Shown here piece after piece: positions 57,090-64,000 of a stretch of 64,000 nucleotides of DNA. Within the stretch, counting starts at the first letter, position 1, and every line of letters begins with the position of its first letter. Under the pieces are notes generated by a model. The model was not told where the DNA came from. It made no database searches and saw nothing but the letters and a program-made list of their open reading frames with translations. The position numbers were made by a program, and so were the translations under genes. Source of the DNA: a virus. The stretch is from the IMG/VR virus record IMGVR_UViG_3300042502_000941, positions 1-64,000 of that record, one strand, 5' to 3'.

Positions 57090-58124
57090 TTAAAAACTAA
57101 ACATACCTCTTAATCCTGTTTTACCTTTTCGCTCAACTATTTTTTCAACCTCAACAGGCTTTTCCACTATACGTTCAACTATTTTTTCAACCTCAACAGG
57201 CTTTTCCACTATACGTTCAACTATTTTTTCAACCTCAACAGGCTTTTCAACTATGCGCTCAACTGTTGAATGTGTTGGTTTGTCGGCGGACTCATCTGTG
57301 GGTTTTTCTTGTTTTTTGTATAATTCATAATTTTTGTCATTTTCTGAATAAACTTTATTTGTGCTTATATTATATGCCAATAATAATACAACAGCAAGTG
57401 GATCAAATACCGTAATAAGTACTACAATAAACCACTTTACTACGTTTTGGATCGTTGTATCAAATTGATCAGCAACAAATTTAAACGTTATAATATCTTT
57501 CTTCTGACTGTTATCTACCTTTAACTTGAAAATATCATCATCCACAGCTGTTGATTTAGCACTATAGGTTTTGATTTTATCATTTTCGTTTTCTAACTGT
57601 TTATTGAGATCTGTAATTTGATCGTTGATTTGATTTTGAATATTTTGTAATTGAATTGGATTACGAGCAATTAGTACATTTGTAAGCACTTCATTTAATC
57701 TATTTTCTTGACTACTTCTTAACGTATACAATTTTTCTATAGATTTTTTTGTAGACTCAATTTTACCAATCTCTTCTTTTTTTTGAGATTCTAATGTTGA
57801 AATTTTATTCAATGACAATTCAGTTTCCAAAGATGATTTTTGAAAAGCCGCCGTTAAAAACCCAAATATACCCAATGATGTTATAGCCATCAATGCGAAT
57901 ACTGCAGTTATCATATAAATTTTCATTAGAATATTAGCATAGTTCCAATATCTAAATAACCAAGATGTTGTTACCAATTTACCCAGTTCTAAAGAGGATG
58001 CCATTATCATAACAGCAATCGTTGCGCCTGAAAATAATAATCCTATACCATATACGCTAAAATAAGCAGCACATCCAGCGATTAAAAGTGATGTGAATAT
58101 TACCAAATGTTTAAACTGTATCAT
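57090..58124 (-). CDS. Multi-pass membrane protein with coiled coil and C-terminal VEK repeats
   Basis: Three N-terminal hydrophobic segments, a ~120-aa coiled coil, TM WFIVVLITVFDPLAVVLLLA; TATTTATA (58128-58135) lies 3 nt upstream. Confidence 0.75.
   Translation of the reverse strand: MIQFKHLVIFTSLLIAGCAAYFSVYGIGLLFSGATIAVMIMASSLELGKLVTTSWLFRYWNYANILMKIYMITAVFALMAITSLGIFGFLTAAFQKSSLETELSLNKISTLESQKKEEIGKIESTKKSIEKLYTLRSSQENRLNEVLTNVLIARNPIQLQNIQNQINDQITDLNKQLENENDKIKTYSAKSTAVDDDIFKLKVDNSQKKDIITFKFVADQFDTTIQNVVKWFIVVLITVFDPLAVVLLLAYNISTNKVYSENDKNYELYKKQEKPTDESADKPTHSTVERIVEKPVEVEKIVERIVEKPVEVEKIVERIVEKPVEVEKIVERKGKTGLRGMFSF
57133..57264 (-). repeat. 42-nt tandem repeat x3 encoding ERIVEKPVEVEKIV
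   Basis: Units start at 57133, 57175 and 57217; the first two are identical. Confidence 0.92.
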
Positions 58125-58145
58125 ATCTATAAATATCTACAAAAT

Positions 58146-58177
58146 AAAAACCCCATCCAATTAAATGAACGGGGTTT
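58146..58177 (-). terminator. Intrinsic terminator after hsp20
   Basis: On - strand AAACCCCGUUCA-UUUAAU-UGGAUGGGGUUUUU, a stem with G-U pairs followed by a U tract. Confidence 0.7.
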
Positions 58178-58203
58178 AATATAACCTTGATTGAATATGA
58201 ATA

Positions 58204-58686
58204 TTACTCAATCTTTATTTTTTTGGTTTCTGGAATTGTAGGTTTGATCTTTGACAATGTAACCTTTAACAACCCATTTTCAAATTTTGCGGATGGATTT
58301 CTGCGATCAATTTGATCACCTAATGTAAAACTTCGTTTGAAATTGCTATGTTTTAATTCTCTACGAATATACTTTCCTGTAAATTCCCTATCATCAATCT
58401 TTTTAATCTTTTGACCACTAATAGTAAGAACATTTTCTTGTACATCAACTGAAACATCTTCTTTAGAGAGACCAGGAATCTCTGCTAGAATTTCCACTCG
58501 ATCATTGTAATCAACAACGTCTACACGTGGATAACTTTGTTTTTCAAAGAAACCAACTCCCAATTCTTTATTTAATTCTGGGAAATGTGCCGCGAATACT
58601 TCATCGAATACACGGTCAAATGGCGTTAAAAACTCATCACGATCAACGTGACGTAATGCAAACGGACTATATTTAATTACTGACAT
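58204..58686 (-). CDS. hsp20: Small heat shock protein (Hsp20/alpha-crystallin)
   Basis: YPRVDV...AEIPGLSKEDVSVDVQENVLTISG...RRE...FKRSFTL...AKFENGLLKVTL. Confidence 0.95.
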   Translation of the reverse strand: MSVIKYSPFALRHVDRDEFLTPFDRVFDEVFAAHFPELNKELGVGFFEKQSYPRVDVVDYNDRVEILAEIPGLSKEDVSVDVQENVLTISGQKIKKIDDREFTGKYIRRELKHSNFKRSFTLGDQIDRRNPSAKFENGLLKVTLSKIKPTIPETKKIKIE

Positions 58687-58818
58687 ATATTTACCTTTCT
58701 TTTAATAATTCAATTGAACTTATTAACCTAATAGCCTCACTCGAGCACTATAGTAGATAATACACACGTACTATCTAAAAATATATATAAACGAACTTCT
58801 GAAAAATGTCAATATTTT

Positions 58819-60765
58819 TTATCCAACAGACGAAACTCCGCCTGTTTGGCATAAATTGATGTAATTTTCAGCATTTGGATTATTATTATTTCTTCTCAAA
58901 AATAAGATATAAAACTTTGCATTTCCTAATATAGCATTGCTTGTTACAACTGTATAAGTGCCTGAAAATTGTCCAGATGTACAATCATATGACTGATCGC
59001 CAGCTGGATCTACTGTCCAAGAAATATTAATGGTATATCCATCTTGGGATATAGTTGTAGGTAATGTACATTCTGTATTTGGTAAAGCATTGACAACCGC
59101 CTTCGCAAAAGTTTTATCAGCCGATGTACCAGTTTTATAGGCAATTATTACCACGGTACCAGATTTTATCTGCGTCCAACTTTCCAACATATTGGAATTG
59201 TAATTTACACATCCTAAATTACTTGTTACAGGCGTAACTACAGTGGGTGTTACCGGAGAAATAACGCATGAATTTTTATCAAAACTAGCTATAATTTCAC
59301 AATTCTGTGATTGCGGTGAATATCCTGGTGGTAAGGTTAGACTAACCGAACCTTTAGCAGTAAAGGTTTTTGGCTGAAGTGTATTTTGATAATTAGAAAT
59401 CCCAAAACCAATGTTAATTTTACGTGTACTGTTAGCTGAAATAGAAAACATCCCAGTTGGAGTAAAATCAACGGTACTAATTAACGAATTTAAAGCAGTT
59501 CCATCTAAGTTAGTCCAAGTAGGACTGATAGTAGCTAATAACTCCGCATTGTTATTATTTGTCATTATGAAACTACCACTGTGTTTTATTTGTGTAGTTG
59601 TAGTTGGATTACAAACTGGTTGAGTATAACCATCTCCGCAATCCAAGTAACCACATCTTGGGCCTGTAAATGAAATATTGGTTGGAAAATTACCAACTAG
59701 TGTTGGTAGTGCCGTACACGTTGAGGTAGTTGAATCTTGATCACCTAAAATGTAAAGTGTAATTTGACCAAATGTTGATGTATTTTCAAACGAGTATTGG
59801 TATGTAGGATTTGTTCCGCCTAAGCTAGTAGCTGTTACCAATCCAGTATAAAAATATCCAAGTGGACCATCAGGGGTGGTTGATTTTTGTAAAATCAATC
59901 CAGCGAAGGTCAACGTTCTAGTATATCCTAAATTGTCTTTATATGATATAACTGGCAAAAGTTGTCCACTCGATTTATAAGTTGTAATGTTTGGATTCGG
60001 CAATAAACTATTTAAGTTATTCAATGTGGTAGACAAATCTGTTATCTTTGTATTCGTATACCCATTGGTAGTTTTATCATTATTTATTTTCTGGAACAAC
60101 AAAGAACTTGCTGTAGGTAAATCTACATCGGATATTGTGTATGTATAGGTTGTATTATCAATAACCGTACTTGTACAAGTGCCTATAAACATACTAGATG
60201 TAAACGCATTTGACAAACAATCCTTACAAACCAATTTATATGCGTTTGTATTAACTAAATTATAAAATGATTCAATGTTATCACCTGATTTAGCGTAAGA
60301 AAACATCTTATTCCACCCAGAATCTACAATAGGTGTAACGACATCTGACTTAGAATATAGTGTGTATTGATAAACTTTGTCTTGTATATTATTAGTCAAA
60401 AAGTTATTATTTTGTACTACACTTGGCGAGTAAATTTTAACAGTAGCGACACCAGTAGAAGCAGCTACACTGAAAGAACTACTTATATAAGAAGCACCAT
60501 AAAATTCACTAAACTTTATTGGTCGCCGATTGTCTTTATTTATGAATCCAACTCCTAAAGGTTTTGTAATATTAATCGTACTTGAATCAGAGTTTGAATT
60601 GCCAATTCTATTTTGCAATTGGTAATAACTTTGCGATATAGAAAAATTATTTGAGCCTGGATTATAAACGTTGCTTAATAAACTGTTGATCGAAAGATTT
60701 TCGCTATTATTTGTTTCACTTTTGAAACTCAATGGACCAGATCTGTTTAATATATTGACAGGCAT
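58819..60765 (-). CDS. Ser/Thr/Cys-rich virion or fibre-associated protein
   Basis: 648 aa, beta-rich; N-terminal SGPLSF...IKFSEFYG; directly follows the S74 tail fibre gene. Confidence 0.6.
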   Translation of the reverse strand: MPVNILNRSGPLSFKSETNNSENLSINSLLSNVYNPGSNNFSISQSYYQLQNRIGNSNSDSSTINITKPLGVGFINKDNRRPIKFSEFYGASYISSSFSVAASTGVATVKIYSPSVVQNNNFLTNNIQDKVYQYTLYSKSDVVTPIVDSGWNKMFSYAKSGDNIESFYNLVNTNAYKLVCKDCLSNAFTSSMFIGTCTSTVIDNTTYTYTISDVDLPTASSLLFQKINNDKTTNGYTNTKITDLSTTLNNLNSLLPNPNITTYKSSGQLLPVISYKDNLGYTRTLTFAGLILQKSTTPDGPLGYFYTGLVTATSLGGTNPTYQYSFENTSTFGQITLYILGDQDSTTSTCTALPTLVGNFPTNISFTGPRCGYLDCGDGYTQPVCNPTTTTQIKHSGSFIMTNNNNAELLATISPTWTNLDGTALNSLISTVDFTPTGMFSISANSTRKINIGFGISNYQNTLQPKTFTAKGSVSLTLPPGYSPQSQNCEIIASFDKNSCVISPVTPTVVTPVTSNLGCVNYNSNMLESWTQIKSGTVVIIAYKTGTSADKTFAKAVVNALPNTECTLPTTISQDGYTINISWTVDPAGDQSYDCTSGQFSGTYTVVTSNAILGNAKFYILFLRRNNNNPNAENYINLCQTGGVSSVG

Positions 60766-60779
60766 ATATCCTATATATA

Positions 60780-62270
60780 TTAAGATTCGATCTTATTTTT
60801 TAGTTCTTGAACTTCTTTGTGTAGTTCTTGAATAGATTTTAATAACAATGCGATAAGTGGATTATATTTTACAACTTTATATCCTTCAAGATTTTCAGTT
60901 ACTAAATCAGGATACAATTCTTCAATTTGTTGAGCAATAACACCAAAGTCTTGTTTTCCATTTGACTTCCAATTAAATTCTATTGGACGTATTTGATTAA
61001 CTTTAGATAAAGCATTTTCTATAGTTTTGATATTGTCTTTGAGTCTTATATCGGACGAAGCGAATGTTGAAAGTGCAACTATATCACCTCTCACGTCCAA
61101 TTGACCACTGCCACTTACACGTAACAATTTTGTTTGATTGCTACCTGATGTAATTAGAAATACATTGGTATTTGGGTTGTAACCTGTTGGCCAACCAGTG
61201 GATCCACTTAAATGTAAATGTAATTGAGCATTTACATTATCAGAACTTACTATGTTACCCACACTTAATAGTCTTTGTCTTGCGCCTAATATTCCCCATC
61301 CTGATTTACCAGACTGCCAAATTACATCTTTGCCTGGTAACGCTGATGTATTTATATGAGATCCTGAATAATAAATTGCAAAATTAGCAGTTGTTCTTAA
61401 ATAATTATTAGAAGTTTGTAATCCTAATCCAGAGACCGATTGTCCAGATGCCGAATGTTGAATAATTTGTTCGCCAGCAGTAGAAAATTGCAGAGGATTA
61501 TTCGCAGTTACTCTGCCAGCTGCCATACTACCTAAATTATTAATAGTACTATTTCTTACAAGATAATTAGTAGAACCCAATGCACTTGTTCCTGACCAAT
61601 ATGAAAATTGATTTGTAGTACCTGTACCTGTTATATTTCCACCTGAATTTAAAGAATAAGATGCGGTTTTAGCACAACTAGCTGTGCCATAAAATGCTAC
61701 TTTTCTATTGGCATTATAATGATTTGAAGCGCTGATGTAACCTTTTATACTAGCTGAAACACTTCCTGAAAATTGTCCTTTTGAAATTCCACTGAAACTA
61801 CCTGTTAGTTTTGAATTTTTACTAATTATAGTTCCATACAAACTTCCACTAAAACTACCACTAGCATTTGCTTTTTTAGTTAATATGTAACCGTTAAAAC
61901 TACCACTCAACGATCCAGATGTTTGGGATTTACCTGTAGTTAATCCTTTAAAACTGCCTGTGAAACTACCTGTATTACGGCCATTAAAATTTCCACTAAA
62001 ACTACCTGAATGTTTTCCTTTAAAACTGCCTGTAAAACTACCAGTAAAAATACCTTTTAATGTTTTTGCGGATCCAGAAAAACTTCCTGTGTAAGATCCC
62101 GTAACATCTGATAAAAATGTAACTATATCGCCAAATGTACTTTTTCGAGAGTACAAGTTATTGGATGATCCAGATTCAATTGTTAAAATTAAATCCTTAG
62201 CTGTTAATGTGTTGTATCTTACAAGATCACTAACTTTTATTTGTTGTATTAAATTGCAGGTAGTTGACAT
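60780..62270 (-). CDS. Tail fibre protein with C-terminal intramolecular chaperone (peptidase S74)
   Basis: SSDIRLKDNIKTIENALSKVNQIRP..FNWK...GVIAQ...YPDLV...VKYNPLIALLLKSIQEL; (T/S)GSF repeats in the shaft. Confidence 0.85.
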   Translation of the reverse strand: MSTTCNLIQQIKVSDLVRYNTLTAKDLILTIESGSSNNLYSRKSTFGDIVTFLSDVTGSYTGSFSGSAKTLKGIFTGSFTGSFKGKHSGSFSGNFNGRNTGSFTGSFKGLTTGKSQTSGSLSGSFNGYILTKKANASGSFSGSLYGTIISKNSKLTGSFSGISKGQFSGSVSASIKGYISASNHYNANRKVAFYGTASCAKTASYSLNSGGNITGTGTTNQFSYWSGTSALGSTNYLVRNSTINNLGSMAAGRVTANNPLQFSTAGEQIIQHSASGQSVSGLGLQTSNNYLRTTANFAIYYSGSHINTSALPGKDVIWQSGKSGWGILGARQRLLSVGNIVSSDNVNAQLHLHLSGSTGWPTGYNPNTNVFLITSGSNQTKLLRVSGSGQLDVRGDIVALSTFASSDIRLKDNIKTIENALSKVNQIRPIEFNWKSNGKQDFGVIAQQIEELYPDLVTENLEGYKVVKYNPLIALLLKSIQELHKEVQELKNKIES

Positions 62271-62272
62271 AA

Positions 62273-62815
62273 TTACTTCCAGGCGTAAATTTTAATATAC
62301 CACTTTGACGTATCGATGTTATATTGCGATATTACACTAGTACTACTATTGTAATCATATGTGGTAATACTAGTGAAAGTGGGTACTATTACTAATATAT
62401 TACTTGAACGTGAAACAACACTACATATTGGTTTTGTTTCATTATTAAAAAATGAAGTTACATCAACTTCTTGGTTTATAACAAATCTACCATCATTAGC
62501 TGCGCATTGTAAAACTACTCTTACTAAAGATGGTGTTGAAGAAAAACCATGCGAAAAAGAAAATACATTTCCCAACGAATATGTATAAATATTATTCAAG
62601 TCTGTTGTGGTGTTAAATAAAGACGTTGTATAACCAGATATACCATCTGAATTAACATAATCTTTTAAATCTGATAAAGTGGATTTTCTAGAATATTTTG
62701 AACCACCTGTATTTTCAATAAGCATCAATTGGTCTGCGGCTTTTATATTATTATAGCTCGCAAGATCACTGACTTTTATTAATTGAACATTTAAACTGTT
62801 ACACGGCGTTGACAT
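62273..62815 (-). CDS. Short fibre-associated protein sharing its N-terminal module with 60780-62270
   Basis: QLIKVSDLASY...YSRKSTLSDL versus QQIKVSDLVRY...YSRKSTFGDI; TATTTATA (62820-62827) lies 4 nt upstream. Confidence 0.7.
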   Translation of the reverse strand: MSTPCNSLNVQLIKVSDLASYNNIKAADQLMLIENTGGSKYSRKSTLSDLKDYVNSDGISGYTTSLFNTTTDLNNIYTYSLGNVFSFSHGFSSTPSLVRVVLQCAANDGRFVINQEVDVTSFFNNETKPICSVVSRSSNILVIVPTFTSITTYDYNSSTSVISQYNIDTSKWYIKIYAWK

Positions 62816-62834
62816 ATTTTATAAATATAAAGTA

Positions 62835-63998
62835 TTAAGAGTAAGAAGCTGCGATCTTATTTATAAGAATTTCACTGCCCATCAATATGATGGAATATAG
62901 ATCTCTGGATCCATTTGATGGATTTGACGCTGCACCACTTGGCCACTTTAAAGAATTGGTAGTACCGGTTTGCCAGATAAATGATGTACCGCCACTATTA
63001 TTATAGAAATATAAATAACACACTTTCTTCTGTGTGAGATTTACATTAAATGTTTGAGCGGCTGTAGCCGTTAGATAAATCATATCATAATCATCAAAAC
63101 TCAAATTAGTTGTTGCAGCTGCAATAGTAGCACTTACAGTTGTATAATCTTTTTGATAATTGCCTTTAAAAGATCCAGTTATAATAGCACTATCTGTTTT
63201 GGAAATATACGAACCATTATCAACTTTGATACTTCCATATGAATACATCTTGCTACCACTGATAGATCCATACGCACGCATATCACCGCTACTGGATACA
63301 TAAAATGTATTTGCAAAACTACTTGATCCATATTGTACCAATATTGCGGTTTGTTTATTTTCTACACCAACTGGTGCTCCGCCAACAAATTTACCAGCTA
63401 ATACTGATCCAGCAACGTTCGCTGCTTGATTACTACCACTAAACATTCTAATTTGCAACTTAGCACGTAAATACTTGTCTATAGAACCAGTTGGCTCTGC
63501 TGGAGGTTGTACGCCTATACCAACTGAACCATCTCTCGCAGCTGAATCTGACTGGATATATGGCCAGAAGTAAAAACCATTGCGTACTTGTTTAAGTGCA
63601 ACCATTACACCTGCTGTGCCAGATACACCATTCCAACTTCCGCCACCTGATATACCACCCGATAAAGGTGTATCCGATATTCTTGTTGTAATGGTACTAT
63701 TTTTAAGATGATAGGATCCTGTGGTAATACTCAATGTCAAACTACCACTAGTAACAGATGATATAAACCATTGATCTTGGTTTGGATAACCGGTTGATCT
63801 GTTTTTATTTTGTAATACAAACGCAGCTGAACTATATATACCAGATCCTCTATTGACCACTGTCAAATTAGATTGTGCATATTTAGCGGAAGCTGATATA
63901 TAAAAATTAATTTGTCCAGACTCATTTTTATAAAATAGTGGGGATGTTGTTAATCTATTACCGAAAAAATATGGTACAGCACTTGAACTATTTAAAGA
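62835..63998 (-). CDS. Tail fibre-like protein; partial, starts beyond the window end
   Basis: The frame stays open from 63998 (SLNSSSAVPYFFGNR...) through the track ORF; GSVGIG motif, SGS/TGS-rich, C-terminal LKWPSGAA...RDLYSI. Confidence 0.7.
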   Translation of the reverse strand, partial: SLNSSSAVPYFFGNRLTTSPLFYKNESGQINFYISASAKYAQSNLTVVNRGSGIYSSAAFVLQNKNRSTGYPNQDQWFISSVTSGSLTLSITTGSYHLKNSTITTRISDTPLSGGISGGGSWNGVSGTAGVMVALKQVRNGFYFWPYIQSDSAARDGSVGIGVQPPAEPTGSIDKYLRAKLQIRMFSGSNQAANVAGSVLAGKFVGGAPVGVENKQTAILVQYGSSSFANTFYVSSSGDMRAYGSISGSKMYSYGSIKVDNGSYISKTDSAIITGSFKGNYQKDYTTVSATIAAATTNLSFDDYDMIYLTATAAQTFNVNLTQKKVCYLYFYNNSGGTSFIWQTGTTNSLKWPSGAASNPSNGSRDLYSIILMGSEILINKIAASYS

Positions 63999-64000
63999 TC

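Noticed and set aside
57133-57264. 42-nt direct repeats as a possible CRISPR array
   Set aside because: The units are contiguous with no unique spacers, are in frame, and encode a peptide repeat; no cas genes are present.
2320-62588. Many short ORFs in the track that lie antisense to, or out of frame within, long genes (e.g. 2336-2662, 12438-12767, 52331-52819, 56264-56677)
   Set aside because: They are fully nested in well-supported genes, mostly start at TTG/GTG, and read as shadow translations with no recognisable motifs.
4058-62827. Reading the + strand TATAAATA copies as canonical T4 late promoters firing on the + strand
   Set aside because: They would point away from the adjacent - strand start codons, and the motif flips to TATTTAT(A/T) before + strand genes, so it tracks the coding strand as TATTTATW.
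1-64000. Stop-codon reassignment, as found in some large phages
   Set aside because: Core genes are full length in the standard code, and TAA, TAG (9663) and TGA (6398, 8643) all end genes at sensible places.
58819-64000. Diversity-generating retroelement acting on tail fibres
   Set aside because: No reverse transcriptase and no template/variable repeat pair differing at adenines were seen in this window.
1-64000. tRNA or rRNA genes
   Set aside because: Intergenic gaps are short and AT-rich, with no cloverleaf or T-loop signatures by eye; tRNAscan-SE was not run.

Overview
The window is part of a large, AT-rich (roughly 30% GC by eye) T4-like myophage genome, densely coding in the standard genetic code and almost all on the - strand. 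It holds the virion morphogenesis region: neck/tail-completion genes, major capsid, scaffold, prohead protease, portal, large terminase, tail sheath, baseplate and tail-fibre genes. Interleaved are a fused Mre11-Rad50 (SbcD-SbcC, gp47-gp46) gene, primase, a RuvC-like resolvase, a gp55-like late sigma factor and Hsp20. I saw no tRNA, rRNA, CRISPR array, integrase or transposase. All calls come from motif recognition by eye, not database searches. Four things stand out. (1) A + strand island at 5433-9663 encodes a lipoprotein/coiled-coil/TM protein, a minimal MscS-like membrane protein, an ankyrin-repeat class III nucleotidyl cyclase with non-canonical specificity residues, a small ORF and a Mom-like DNA-modifying enzyme. 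(2) A glycosylation cluster (GT4-TibC/Aah-type O-heptosyltransferase fusion, a second GT4, FkbM methyltransferase) lies next to the sheath, in a phage whose virion proteins are full of [ST]-[GAS]-S motifs and (GTS)n repeats. (3) Several unrelated proteins, including an RNA-ligase-like enzyme, a flavoprotein and a GP88-like protein, share an N-terminal peptide M-x(1,2)-L-x-x-[LI]-[LI]-x(0,1)-E that looks like a capsid-targeting and protease-cleavage tag. (4) A TATTTAT(A/T) motif, the reverse complement of the T4 late promoter, sits 3-5 nt upstream of many start codons, suggesting leaderless late transcripts.
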